Source: Reyranella sp.
GTDB taxonomy: Bacteria > Pseudomonadota > Alphaproteobacteria > Reyranellales > Reyranellaceae
Direction of reading: 5' to 3'
DNA: 50,754 bases
Assembly: GCA_017990895.1 (NCBI GenBank)
Contig: JAGNNA010000001.1
Span: 1-50,754, forward strand
Below, in pieces: positions 10,766 through 20,718 of this stretch; positions within the stretch are counted from its first letter, which is position 1; every line of letters starts with the position of its first letter. The notes beneath the pieces were generated by a model that searched no databases, was not told the origin of the DNA, and saw only the letters and a program-made list of their open reading frames with translations. The position numbers and the translations under genes were made by a program.

Positions 10766-10781
10766 TTCCGTTCCGACGGAA
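10766..10781 (+). terminator. Short hairpin after acuI
   Basis: TTCCGT-TCCG-ACGGAA just after the stop; no U tract. Confidence 0.3.
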
Positions 10782-10871
10782 GCAGACGCCATGCACATGG
10801 TGTTGGGCGTCGGCCGCCGCTAGAACAGTCCCTCGACCAGCCGCGTTGCAAGGGCCGGGGGGACGGGCGAA

Positions 10872-12281
10872 GTGACTCTCGATGACAATGTAGCGGCGCT
10901 GGTCGGTTCGGCGGTTGCGGTGGCGCACGTCGCCCTTGCCGCGGCCGTCACGGTCCACGTCCTGCTCTACAAGCGCAGCGTCGGCGCTGCGGTTTCATGG
11001 ATCGGCATCGCGTGGCTCTCCCCCTTCCTGGGAGGGCTGCTCTACGCGATCATGGGCATCAACCGCGTCAAGCGGCGTGCCCTGAAGCTGAAACGGCAAC
11101 ATCTGCCGGTCGCCGCGGCCGGCGCCGCGGCGACCGTGCCGCGCGATTCGCTGACACCGCTGGAATACGCGGTCGGGCGGCTGACTGGCCTGCCGTCGAA
11201 GCCGGGCAACCTCGTCGAGATGTTGCACAGCGGGGACGAGGCCTACCCGCGCATGCTCGAGGAGATCGCCGGCGCGAAGACCAGCGTCGGACTCTGCAGC
11301 TACATCTTCCGCGACGATTCGGCGGGCGAGAAATTCCATGCGGCCCTGGTCCAGGCTCAGCAGCGTGGCGTGAAGGTGCGCGTCCTGATCGACGGCGTCG
11401 GCGGCGGCTATTTCTGGTCGGGGACCTACAACCGGCTGCGTAAGGCCGGCGTCCCGGTCGCGCGCTTCCTGCACTCGTATTTCCCCTGGCGCATGCCGTT
11501 CGTGAACTTGCGCAATCATCGCAAGCTGCTGGTTATCGACGGCCGCGTGGCCTTCACGGGCGGGCTCAACATCGGAGCGGAAAACGTCGTGGCGGGGAAC
11601 CCGGCGCATCCCGTGCGCGACACGCATTTTCGCGTCGAGGGCCCGGTCGTCGAGCAGCTCACGGACGCCTTTGCCGACGACTGGCAGTTCACGACGGGCG
11701 AGCAGCTCGACGAGGACTGGTTTCCGCGGCTCGAGCCGGTCGGCACCGTGCTGGCGCGTGTCGTGCCCTCTGGGCCCGACGAGGACATGGAGCAGATCGA
11801 GTTCGTGACGCTGCATGCCATTTCCTGCGCGCGCGAATCGATCCGCGTCGTGACACCCTATTTTCTGCCGGGCGAGCCGCTCACCATGGCGCTAGGCCTG
11901 GCCGCAATGCGCGGCATCACGGTCGACATCCTGCTGCCCGAGAACTCCAATCACGCGATCCTGGACTGGGCGCGGCGCGTGCCGTTGCGACCGTTGATCG
12001 AGGCGGGGTGCCGCGTCTGGATGATGCCGGCGCCGTTCGATCATTCGAAGCTCATGACGATCGACGACTCCTGGTCGTTCATCGGCAGCGCCAACTGGGA
12101 CACGCGCAGCTTCCGCCTGAACTTTGAGCTGAACGTCGAGTTGCACGACGCAGCCTTTGCGCGGCAGATCGTCGAATCGAAGAAGCCGCAGCGCTGTCTC
12201 ACTCTTGCCGAGATCGACGGCGACCCCTTGCCGATCCGCCTGCGCAACAGCGCGGCGCGGCTGCTGCAGCCCTACCTGTAG
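10872..12281 (+). CDS. cls: Cardiolipin synthase (phospholipase D family)
   Basis: Two N-terminal TM helices and two HKD motifs (RNHRKLLVID, HSKLMTID), plus GSANWD. Confidence 0.88.
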   Translation: MTLDDNVAALVGSAVAVAHVALAAAVTVHVLLYKRSVGAAVSWIGIAWLSPFLGGLLYAIMGINRVKRRALKLKRQHLPVAAAGAAATVPRDSLTPLEYAVGRLTGLPSKPGNLVEMLHSGDEAYPRMLEEIAGAKTSVGLCSYIFRDDSAGEKFHAALVQAQQRGVKVRVLIDGVGGGYFWSGTYNRLRKAGVPVARFLHSYFPWRMPFVNLRNHRKLLVIDGRVAFTGGLNIGAENVVAGNPAHPVRDTHFRVEGPVVEQLTDAFADDWQFTTGEQLDEDWFPRLEPVGTVLARVVPSGPDEDMEQIEFVTLHAISCARESIRVVTPYFLPGEPLTMALGLAAMRGITVDILLPENSNHAILDWARRVPLRPLIEAGCRVWMMPAPFDHSKLMTIDDSWSFIGSANWDTRSFRLNFELNVELHDAAFARQIVESKKPQRCLTLAEIDGDPLPIRLRNSAARLLQPYL

Positions 12282-12940
12282 AAGCGGCCCAGCCTGTCCT
12301 TGCGCGCGCGCGAAGGGGCGGGTTCGGCGTGAGGACCTTCGAGCTGCAATTCGAGCCTGATCGGCCGATGGTCTGACGGGCCGAAATCGAGCGCGGCGGA
12401 TGCACGGCAAACGAGCCCGTGCGCCAGGCAGCGATCGAGTCGCACAGGCATGACATTGCCGGAGAGATGGGTCGGCTCACGTGGGCCGACATCCGTGAAA
12501 CCGGGCAGAAAAATCGGACCTACGGCGTTGTAGTCGCCGATGATGGCTGACGGCTTCCCCTGAAGTGCGGCGGCGACACGAGCGAGCTGACGGCGGTTGA
12601 GAAGCTGCCCGTGCGAAAGATGGACGTTGGCGAGCGTCATCTCGCCCATCTGGATGATCTGAGCTCGTCGGCGCGGCAGTCTTCCGGGAAGCCGCGAGGC
12701 CGGCAGCGACAGCGCCACGGGGCAGGGAAAGTGGGTCGGACTCCAGACGGCCAGCCCGTGTATCCGGCCCAGCCACGACAGTCGGTGGAAATGGCCACCG
12801 ACCAGGCCCGGCAGCGCTTCCATGTGCCGCGTCGCCTCCTGCATGAGGAGAACGTCGGGCTTCTGGATATCGATCAGTTTTGCCACGTCCTCGACGGCGG
12901 CGCCGGTGAGGCGCAGCAGGTTCCAGCTCACGACCTTCAT
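12272..12940 (-). CDS. Endonuclease/exonuclease/phosphatase family protein (YbhP-like)
   Basis: VVSWNL, DVLLMQE, NVHLS, GDYN, LDRC, SDHRPI. Confidence 0.88.
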   Translation of the reverse strand: MKVVSWNLLRLTGAAVEDVAKLIDIQKPDVLLMQEATRHMEALPGLVGGHFHRLSWLGRIHGLAVWSPTHFPCPVALSLPASRLPGRLPRRRAQIIQMGEMTLANVHLSHGQLLNRRQLARVAAALQGKPSAIIGDYNAVGPIFLPGFTDVGPREPTHLSGNVMPVRLDRCLAHGLVCRASAALDFGPSDHRPIRLELQLEGPHAEPAPSRARKDRLGRFYR

Positions 12941-14739
12941 GGCTTGGCGGCCTTTTCGCGCCGGGCGCGGCGGATCTGCGCGGTCATCGACCCCGTGCCG
13001 CCGGCGGCGTCCTGCAGTTCGTTGCGCACCTGCTCGCGCCGCTCGTGGATCGACGCGATGACGAGGCCCATGGGCACGCCCAGACCGACGAGCGCCGATT
13101 CGGCGAGCTGCAGGCTGGCCTCGATGGTTTCAGGTACGGTGTCGGTAACCGCCAGCGTGTAGAGATGCTGGGCGTGCTGGGCGTCGTGGGCGCGCGCAAT
13201 GATCATCACGTCGGGCCGCCGGGCACGCACCGCACGGACAACATCGTCGACCGCCGCCGTGTCGATGGTGACGATGACACCGGTTGCCTCGTCGATGCCG
13301 CAGCGCTGCAGGAACAGCGCGTTGGAGGCGTCACCGAAATAGACCGGACGGCCGAGCTTGCGCCAGCGCTCGACCCGCTCGGCATCGCGGTCGGCCGCGA
13401 TGTAGGAAATCTGGTGCTTTTCGAGCAGGTCGCAGACGAGCTGGCCCACCCGGCCGTGACCGACCACGATCACGCGCTTGGCGTGATCGGACGGTGGCAG
13501 CTGTGTCGCCGGCGCATCGCCCGTCACCTGCTTGGCCACGCGCAGGGCTGCCCGGCGCGCAAACAAGGATACGAAGGGCAGCGTGCCCATGGTGAGCGAC
13601 ACCACCGCGAGGACACCGGCGGCGACTCCGGGATCGACCAGGCCGAACTGCGCGGCGAGCCCGATGCCGATGAAGGCGAACTCTCCGCCGGGCGCCAGCA
13701 GCAGGCCGGTTTCGACACTGGCGGCCCAAGGCACGCCGAACAGCCGGCAGAGGGGGACGAGCAGCGCCGTTTTGGCGGCCATCATGGCAATGAAACCGCC
13801 GATCACGAGCGCTGGTTCCCGCCAGATGAAGCTCAGGTCGATGTGCATGCCGACCGAGAAGAAGAAGACGCCGAGAAGCAGTCCGCGGAAGGGGTCGATC
13901 ATGGCCTCGACGGCGCGACGATACTCGGTCTCGGCCAGAAGAAGCCCGGCGATGAAGGCGCCGAGCGCCATCGAGAGGCCCGCCAAGGCGGCGATCACGC
14001 CCGATCCGACGGCGATCAGCAGCGTCGCCGCCATGAAGAATTCGGGGTTGTCGGTGCTGGCGGCCAGGCGAAACAGCGGCTTCAGGACCAACCGCCCGAC
14101 CAGCGCGATCACCGCGACGGCCAGAACCGCCTCCACGACGGCGACAAGGACGCCCTGGACTACCGACCCGTCTGAATGGCCGCCGAGGGCGCTGATCAGG
14201 AAGAGGAGCGGCACCACGGCCAGATCCTGCGCCAGCAGGATGGCAAAGCTCGTCCGGCCGGTGGTCGACATCATGCGCCGCTGACCAGACAGCAGCTCCA
14301 TGACGATGGCGGTCGAGGACAGCGCCAGGCAGGTGCCGATGATCAGCGCGGCGGCGGCAGGCTGGCCGAGCCAGAAAGCCGCCAGGCTGATGGCCAGGGC
14401 CGAAAGCACCACCTGCAGGCCGCCCAGTCCGAAGACCAGCCGGCGCATCGTGATCAGGCGGCGCATCGAGAGCTCGAGGCCGATGAAGAAGAGCAGGAAG
14501 ACGATGCCGAGATCGGCGATGAAGGCGATCTGCCTCTCGCCGGTGACCGTCAGCCAGTCGATGGCGCGGGAATAGTCGGCGAGTCGGCCGAGCCCATGGG
14601 GGCCGAGCGCGGCGCCCACGACCAGGAAACCGAGGACCGGACTGATCCTGAGGCGCTGCACGACCGGCGCCACGACGGCCGCCGTTCCCAGGACGATGAG
14701 AGCGTCCTTGAACGCATAGATGTCGCTGGGGCCCGCCAT
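12937..14739 (-). CDS. Kef-type (CPA2) cation/K+:proton antiporter with a TrkA-N domain
   Basis: LFFIGLEL, LSSTAIV, LLAQDLAVVP, GGEFAF and the KTN domain VIVVGHGRVG. Confidence 0.9.
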   Translation of the reverse strand: MAGPSDIYAFKDALIVLGTAAVVAPVVQRLRISPVLGFLVVGAALGPHGLGRLADYSRAIDWLTVTGERQIAFIADLGIVFLLFFIGLELSMRRLITMRRLVFGLGGLQVVLSALAISLAAFWLGQPAAAALIIGTCLALSSTAIVMELLSGQRRMMSTTGRTSFAILLAQDLAVVPLLFLISALGGHSDGSVVQGVLVAVVEAVLAVAVIALVGRLVLKPLFRLAASTDNPEFFMAATLLIAVGSGVIAALAGLSMALGAFIAGLLLAETEYRRAVEAMIDPFRGLLLGVFFFSVGMHIDLSFIWREPALVIGGFIAMMAAKTALLVPLCRLFGVPWAASVETGLLLAPGGEFAFIGIGLAAQFGLVDPGVAAGVLAVVSLTMGTLPFVSLFARRAALRVAKQVTGDAPATQLPPSDHAKRVIVVGHGRVGQLVCDLLEKHQISYIAADRDAERVERWRKLGRPVYFGDASNALFLQRCGIDEATGVIVTIDTAAVDDVVRAVRARRPDVMIIARAHDAQHAQHLYTLAVTDTVPETIEASLQLAESALVGLGVPMGLVIASIHERREQVRNELQDAAGGTGSMTAQIRRARREKAAKP

Positions 14740-14815
14740 GTCGTCCAAACATAGACTGCAGACGGCGTTCTGTGCACACTTTCGTCCGCATACAACGAAT
14801 TCGGGCGGAAACGAC

Positions 14816-15820
14816 ATGAAGGTGGTCATCACCGGCGGCGCGGGCTTCCTCGGCAAGAAACTCGCACGGCGCCTACTGCAGCAGGGCGAGATCGCGGCGG
14901 CCTCGGGTCAGCCGCAGAGAATAAGAGAGTTGCTGCTGTTCGACGTCACGAACGCCGAGGGCCCGGGCCTGGACGATCCGCGGGTCAAGACGGTGGCGGG
15001 TGACATCTCGAACTTCGCCACCGTGCAGTCGATCGTCCAGAGCGCGTCGACGGTGTTTCATTTTGCCGCCGTGGTCAGCGCCGGCGCCGAGGCCGATTTC
15101 GACCTGGGCTACCGGGTCAACCTCGACGGCACCCGGAACGTCCTCGAAGCCTGTCGGGCGCTCGGCACCAACCCACGCGTCGTGTTCACGAGTTCCCTGG
15201 CGGCCTTCGGCGGCGATCTGCCTCCGGCCGTGACCGACGATACGCCGCTGACGCCCCAAACCTCCTACGGCGCCCAGAAGTCGATCGGCGAGTTCCTGGT
15301 CCGTGACTACACCCGCAAGGGTTTCCTGCGCGGCACTGCGGTCAGGTTGCCGACGATCTGCGTGCGCACTGGGCTGCCCAACAAGGCGGCTTCGACCTGG
15401 GCGAGTTCGGTCCTGCGTGAGCCGCTGACGGGCGTCGACGTCGTCTGTCCCGTCACACCGGAGACGGTCATGGTTGTCCTCAGTCCGCGCAAGACCGTCG
15501 ACGCGTTCATGCGCCTGCACGACCTGCCGCCGGATGCCTTCGGTCCGGGCCGCACCCTGCTGCTGAACGGGATCAACGTGACGGCCAGGGAACTGGAGCA
15601 GGCGGTCGGCCGCCATGCCGGCAACCGCAAGGTCGGCAAGGTCGTGTGGCAGCACGATCCGGCGATCCAGAGGATCTGCGACGGCTGGCCCCAGGGAATC
15701 GATTCGGCGCGTGCCCGTAGTCTGGGCTTCAAGACCGACAAGGATCTCGACGAGGTCGTGCGCCACTTCATCGCCGACGATCTCGACGACCAGCTCAAGA
15801 TCGTCAGGCCCGCGGCCTGA
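14816..15820 (+). CDS. denD: D-erythronate dehydrogenase-like extended SDR
   Basis: TGGAGFLG, AVVSAGAEADFDLGYRVN, SYGAQK (YxxxK), RLPTICVR. Confidence 0.75.
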   Translation: MKVVITGGAGFLGKKLARRLLQQGEIAAASGQPQRIRELLLFDVTNAEGPGLDDPRVKTVAGDISNFATVQSIVQSASTVFHFAAVVSAGAEADFDLGYRVNLDGTRNVLEACRALGTNPRVVFTSSLAAFGGDLPPAVTDDTPLTPQTSYGAQKSIGEFLVRDYTRKGFLRGTAVRLPTICVRTGLPNKAASTWASSVLREPLTGVDVVCPVTPETVMVVLSPRKTVDAFMRLHDLPPDAFGPGRTLLLNGINVTARELEQAVGRHAGNRKVGKVVWQHDPAIQRICDGWPQGIDSARARSLGFKTDKDLDEVVRHFIADDLDDQLKIVRPAA

Positions 15821-15830
15821 CGGCCGCGGG
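15809..15830. terminator. GC-rich hairpin between convergent genes
   Basis: CCCGCGGCC-TGAC-GGCCGCGGG, a perfect 9-bp stem spanning the denD stop. Confidence 0.4.
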
Positions 15831-15844
15831 AGGCAACCGGGGCC

Positions 15845-16654
15845 TCAGCGGCCGCGCAGCATCCGCCAGCCGTTCTGGAGGTGTTGCATCGGCCCCCAGA
15901 CATGCCGTGTTCGCATCATGTGCCAGCGTTGCGGTTCGTTGTCGGGGCCGGCGATCGCCCCGGCATCCTCGACAAAGTCGGTGATGCCGACGGCATCGGT
16001 GTCCCACGGGCCGGTCGTCTTGAAGATCGTCGTCTTGGCGCCGTAGCCCTGCAGCGCGCGCGACATGCCCGAGGCCATGAAATCCATGTAACGCGGCAGG
16101 CTCTCCGGGCGGCAGAGGTAGCCCTTGTTGAAGCCGACGGCGAGCAGCCGGAAATGGAACGGGTTCTTCTCGAGGTAGCGGATGACCTCGGTCGTGTTGG
16201 CGGGGTATCGCGGCGAGAAGAAATCGTCGATCACGACGATGCCCTCGGTGTTCACGATGCGGTTGGCGAACTCCAGCTCGCGATAGACCGCCGTGCCGGT
16301 ATGCTCGCCGTCGATGTGGAACCAGCGCACCGACTGGTGCATCGCCTGCAGGTCGAGCTTGGCCGGCAGGTCGGCCGACGGGCCCGACAGTGGCACGATG
16401 TTCGTGGGCTTCGCACCGACCGACTCGATCGAGCGATGGACGGCGGCTTCATCCAGCCGAAGGTCGCACAGATAGAGCTTCTCGTTGCCCTTCCGGTAGG
16501 ACGCCAGGACCGACGCGGACCGGCCCCGCCAGACGCCGATCTCGAACAGGTCGCCGGTCGTCCCGGCCTGCTGGTCGAGCAGGGCGCGCCAGACGCAGTA
16601 GGACTGGAACATGAACCAGCCCGGAATTGCGTCGATTTTCTCCCAACTGAGCAT
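15845..16654 (-). CDS. Class I SAM-dependent methyltransferase (Methyltransf_24-like)
   Basis: IPGWF, LFEIGVWRGRS, FHIDGEH, GIVVIDD. Confidence 0.82.
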   Translation of the reverse strand: MLSWEKIDAIPGWFMFQSYCVWRALLDQQAGTTGDLFEIGVWRGRSASVLASYRKGNEKLYLCDLRLDEAAVHRSIESVGAKPTNIVPLSGPSADLPAKLDLQAMHQSVRWFHIDGEHTGTAVYRELEFANRIVNTEGIVVIDDFFSPRYPANTTEVIRYLEKNPFHFRLLAVGFNKGYLCRPESLPRYMDFMASGMSRALQGYGAKTTIFKTTGPWDTDAVGITDFVEDAGAIAGPDNEPQRWHMMRTRHVWGPMQHLQNGWRMLRGR

Positions 16655-16759
16655 CCGCCATCCTTGTTTGCCGCGTCTTGCTAACAGCGCCCCATCGACG
16701 CTGCAAGCCGTGAAGACTTGCACCTCCGGCACGGGTCCTGTAGGCCCGCTCGCGGGCAA

Positions 16760-18109
16760 ATGCCAACAACTGCAGTCGCATACAGGGCCACGGTCGGCCT
16801 GCTCTGGATCCTGGCGCTCTGGTACAGCTGGGAGTGCCGGGGGCTTTTCGTCGATGGATCTGCATTCCTCGTGCAGGTTGCCCGGCGGGAGTTTTTCTTC
16901 GACTTCTACGATCCCCGCCTGTACGCGATGATTCTCGGCCAGGCGCCGATCCTCACGGCGGTGTTCCTCGGTGTCACCGACCTCCATCTGATGGCGCAGC
17001 TGCTGTCGCTGGGCCTCTTCGCCCTCCCGACCGCGCTCTATCATCTCGCGCTGATGCGGGTGAAGGACGATCCCGTGCTGCTGGCCGCGGTCCTCGCAGC
17101 GATCGGCGTCGTCTTCATGACGACGTCCTTCTTCATCGTCGGCGAGTACAACACCGCCTATGCCATCGGAATCGTCGTGGCCGTACGGCTGGCGACGGCG
17201 AAGGAACTGAACGTGGCCGACGGTGCTTTTCTGGCGGCGGTCGGCCTGTTGGCGATCCGGACCTATGAGGTGATGATCTACCTCGGACCCCTGCTGGCCG
17301 TCATGATCGCCTGGACGGTCTACCGGATCCGGCCGCGACCCGCTTTCCCCGCGTTTCTATACCTGCTCGCGATCCTGCCCTTCCTGGGCGGGATGTGGGT
17401 GGCTGCCGATTCGGTGATCCATCCCTTCTCGGAGGACCATCTCAGCCGCACGGCAGCGACGGTGCTCGACGCCTGGCAGAACGTTCAATTCGACCTGGCG
17501 ATGGGCGCGGCTCTGATCATCGCCGGCTGGGCGCTGTGGCGCCCGCAGGATCTTGCCCGGCGTAAGCCGTACGTCTTCGCCGGCATTTTCCTGATCCTGC
17601 TCGCCCTGTCGCCATTGCTGGTGCTGACCGACTCGCTGGTGCGGCCGCACGCCAAGTCGCAGTACACCGCCCGCAGCCTCGCCGGCCTCGTCATCGCCAC
17701 GATCATCGTGCTGATGTGGCTCTATACGTCTCCGCTCGGCTCCCGGTTCGCCTCGTTCGTTGCCCTGCGCCGAACCGAGGTCTCGAGTCGTGTTCTCGCA
17801 TTCGCCTGCCTGACCGTGCTCGCGGTGTTGCCGTCGAACATCTATCTCACCCTCGAATGGCGCACCTATCTCGATACGGTGCGGACGATCGTGCGGAGCA
17901 ACAGCGGCGTGATCGCGTATGAATCGACGCCCCTTTCGCGGCGTCCCCTCGAGACGCTCGTCGAGTCGTGGATCCTGCCCAGCCAGAGCCTTGCTTTGCG
18001 CGGCAAGCATGGTGACGGCATCATCGCGCCGCCGCAGGGCTTCAGTAACTGGCAGCCCTTCCCGCCAGCCGAACCCTATCCGCTGGGGAATTACATGTGG
18101 CGCGACTGA
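16760..18109 (+). CDS. Polytopic membrane protein, GT-C-like (paralog 1)
   Basis: About 10-11 hydrophobic segments, a GLFVDGS loop after TM1, FFIVGEYN, RTYEVMIYLGPL and a soluble C-terminal tail. Confidence 0.7.
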   Translation: MPTTAVAYRATVGLLWILALWYSWECRGLFVDGSAFLVQVARREFFFDFYDPRLYAMILGQAPILTAVFLGVTDLHLMAQLLSLGLFALPTALYHLALMRVKDDPVLLAAVLAAIGVVFMTTSFFIVGEYNTAYAIGIVVAVRLATAKELNVADGAFLAAVGLLAIRTYEVMIYLGPLLAVMIAWTVYRIRPRPAFPAFLYLLAILPFLGGMWVAADSVIHPFSEDHLSRTAATVLDAWQNVQFDLAMGAALIIAGWALWRPQDLARRKPYVFAGIFLILLALSPLLVLTDSLVRPHAKSQYTARSLAGLVIATIIVLMWLYTSPLGSRFASFVALRRTEVSSRVLAFACLTVLAVLPSNIYLTLEWRTYLDTVRTIVRSNSGVIAYESTPLSRRPLETLVESWILPSQSLALRGKHGDGIIAPPQGFSNWQPFPPAEPYPLGNYMWRD

Positions 18110-18117
18110 CCGTGCCC

Positions 18118-19467
18118 ATGATGTCGTCGGCCGCGGTCGTCCGGACTGTCGCGGTGCTCCTCTGGGCGCTGGCGTTGCACAATACGTTGGCCAGTCGTGG
18201 CCTGTTCTGGGACGGCTCGTCGTTCCTGGTCAATCTGCTCGATCACGGGCATTTCCACGATTTCTATGCCGCCCGCGCCCATGTCGACTGGGTGACGCAG
18301 GCGCCGGTGCTGTTGCTGGCCGAATGGGGCCTCCGCGACACGAGGATGCTGGCGATGGCCTATTCGGCAGCCTTGTTTGCGCTGCCGACCGCCTTCTATC
18401 ACTTCGCCCTCGTCCGTGTGCGCCGTGATCCCGTGTTGCTGGCGGCGGTGCTGGCGATCATTGCAGCGGTCTACCTGCCGACCTCGTTCTTCATCGTCGG
18501 CGAGTACAACGTGGCCTTCGCCTGCATCACCGCCGCCATGGCGGTCGCGCTCACGACGGACGGCAGCAGTCGCAGGGATGCCGCATTGCTGCTGGCTTTC
18601 GGTCTGCTCTGCCTGCGCTCCTACGAGGCCACGATTTACCTCGGGCCGCTGCTGGCGGCGGCGATCCTGTGGTCGGCCCGGCGCGGCGGCGGCGATCGTG
18701 CGACGAGATTTCTTTGCTACCTGGCGGCATTGGCCTTCATCGGTGCGGCGCTGGTATCGGCCGTGACGATCTTCGACTATTGGGATCATCCGCATTTCAT
18801 GAAGGTGCGCTCCACCAGCGCCGATTTCTGGCGGAACATTCAGTTCGCCGTCCCCCTCGCGGGCTTCCTGATCTGCGCCATGGCGGGCTTTCGACGGGCG
18901 GCGTGGCTGCAGGGCAGGGGGCCGCTGGTGGTGATGGGCGTCATTGCCCTGCTGCTGGCCTTGTCGCCCTGGTGGCGGCTCGTGCACGGGCCGTCGATCC
19001 TCTATCCGCCGTCGCACTACGTTGCCCGGCAGGCCGCCGGCATGCTGCTGGCGGCCCTGCTCGTCGGCATGTGGCTGCAGGTGGCGCGCCGCGATCCGCC
19101 GCGCATCTTCGCCGTCGTCCGCCAGCCCGAAGTGGCGCGGCGCATGGTGCTGCTGCTGGGGGTCCTGACGGTCGCGGGCGCGATTCCCGACATCGTGCTC
19201 ACGCGCCTATGGAGCGGCTATGTCGAGCGCCTGAGGGTCGTCGTCGACGGCAGCAGCGGCATGGTGAGGGCGGAGACGCTGCCGCTTCACGACTGGCCCA
19301 ACAAGCTCTTCTTTCAGGACTGGTCCTATCCGGCCTTGAGCGCGATCGTCAGTCGTTCGCCCGGCCAGTCGTATGTCGTGTCCGACCAGGACTATCTCAG
19401 CAATCCGCCTTTCGAGCCGGCGTGCGGACTGCTGCCGAAGCTCAAGGGCTACGGCTGGCGCGGCTAG
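18118..19467 (+). CDS. Polytopic membrane protein, GT-C-like (paralog 2)
   Basis: Clearly paralogous to the upstream gene: GLFWDGS, DPVLLAAVLAII, TSFFIVGEYN, RSYEATIYLGPLL. Confidence 0.7.
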   Translation: MMSSAAVVRTVAVLLWALALHNTLASRGLFWDGSSFLVNLLDHGHFHDFYAARAHVDWVTQAPVLLLAEWGLRDTRMLAMAYSAALFALPTAFYHFALVRVRRDPVLLAAVLAIIAAVYLPTSFFIVGEYNVAFACITAAMAVALTTDGSSRRDAALLLAFGLLCLRSYEATIYLGPLLAAAILWSARRGGGDRATRFLCYLAALAFIGAALVSAVTIFDYWDHPHFMKVRSTSADFWRNIQFAVPLAGFLICAMAGFRRAAWLQGRGPLVVMGVIALLLALSPWWRLVHGPSILYPPSHYVARQAAGMLLAALLVGMWLQVARRDPPRIFAVVRQPEVARRMVLLLGVLTVAGAIPDIVLTRLWSGYVERLRVVVDGSSGMVRAETLPLHDWPNKLFFQDWSYPALSAIVSRSPGQSYVVSDQDYLSNPPFEPACGLLPKLKGYGWRG

Positions 19468-19567
19468 CGGCCGGTCGCCCGCGACTCGTGGCGGTTGTCG
19501 TCGCCGCGCGAGACCCCATCCAGGGAAACGAGGTCCGAGAGGCGCATCAACGGGGCGGCATCGCACG

Positions 19568-20158
19568 ATGAAGGAATCCCTGGTCGGCAAGGCGCACAAG
19601 GCACTCGCAACGAAGATTCTCGTGGGCATCGGAGGCCTGCTCGCCGCGTTCCTGTCGTTCACGCTGTCGATCTATCAGGGTCGCGCGGCGAGTGAGATTT
19701 CCAAGGTTCCGCCGGGAGAAGTCATCGACGCTGGCCGTTGGAACGTCATCGTGGCCGGAGCGAGTGTGGCGCGCGTGATGCCCGACGGATCGCACGTGGC
19801 GCCCGGCAAGAAGGCCCTGGTCGTGGAACTCACGCTCGAGAACCGTTCCGGCGAAAGCTCGAACATCTATGGCGACGTGCTGAAGATCGAGCGGGTGCCG
19901 GATGCCTCCAAGCCGCAATTCTATCTGATGCGCGACCGGGAGTTGCTCTGGGACGTGCAGCCGATGATGCCGGAGCGGGTCAAGGCGGTCTGGCAGGTTC
20001 CGCAGGACCAGCCGCTGCCGCCGCAGGTCAGGCTGGCGGTGATCGGCACGATCTTCAAGCCGCGCGATAATCTCTATGCGGCACCCGGATGGTTCCCGAC
20101 CAAACCGGTCGCGACCGTCGATCTCCCGCTCGCCAGCGACTCGGAGGTCGGCCCATGA
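19568..20158 (+). CDS. Hypothetical single-TM-anchored beta-rich protein (DUF4352-like)
   Basis: N-terminal TM, then GRWNVIV...LVVELTLEN...VQPMMP. Confidence 0.7.
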   Translation: MKESLVGKAHKALATKILVGIGGLLAAFLSFTLSIYQGRAASEISKVPPGEVIDAGRWNVIVAGASVARVMPDGSHVAPGKKALVVELTLENRSGESSNIYGDVLKIERVPDASKPQFYLMRDRELLWDVQPMMPERVKAVWQVPQDQPLPPQVRLAVIGTIFKPRDNLYAAPGWFPTKPVATVDLPLASDSEVGP

Positions 20159-20718
20159 GGCGCCTGCTCCTGTCGGCGTTCACGATCCTGCTGGCGGGCG
20201 TGATCCTGCTGTTCCTGCAAACGACGACGCCTCCCTATGCGATGCTGACGGGGCCGATCAGGACCGCCGGCGGGCAAGACGAGGTCGTCGCAAGCCGAAC
20301 ATTCAGTGCCCGTATCGAGAAGGCCGTGCAGGCGAGGACGATTGCCTACAAGCGTTTCGGCAAGGACTTCGAACGGGCGACCAGCGGAGTCTGGCTGCTC
20401 GTCCCCGTGGAGGCCCGAGTCGGACAGCGGACCATGGCGATCCGCGCGGCCACGATCCGCGGCGCGTCCGGCCGCCTCTATCGTCAGAGCCGTCGCGCCG
20501 GCAATGCGCCGCAGCTCCTGTCCGACAAGACGGTACAGCCCGGCTTGCCGACGACCGGGTTGCTGGTCTTCGAACTGCCGGAAGACGAAGTTTCCGACAT
20601 GACCCTTCTGCTGTCGGGCCAGTATTCGCCCCAGCTTCAGGACGAGCTCGAGATCCCACTCGACACGAAGAAGATTGCGGTGCGCGACAGGGCGACGATC
20701 GGCAATGACGGCATCTAG
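20155..20718 (+). CDS. Hypothetical single-TM-anchored beta-rich protein (DUF4352-like)
   Basis: ATGA overlap with the upstream gene; N-terminal TM; GVWLLV...VQPGLPTTGLLVFELP. Confidence 0.72.
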   Translation: MRRLLLSAFTILLAGVILLFLQTTTPPYAMLTGPIRTAGGQDEVVASRTFSARIEKAVQARTIAYKRFGKDFERATSGVWLLVPVEARVGQRTMAIRAATIRGASGRLYRQSRRAGNAPQLLSDKTVQPGLPTTGLLVFELPEDEVSDMTLLLSGQYSPQLQDELEIPLDTKKIAVRDRATIGNDGI

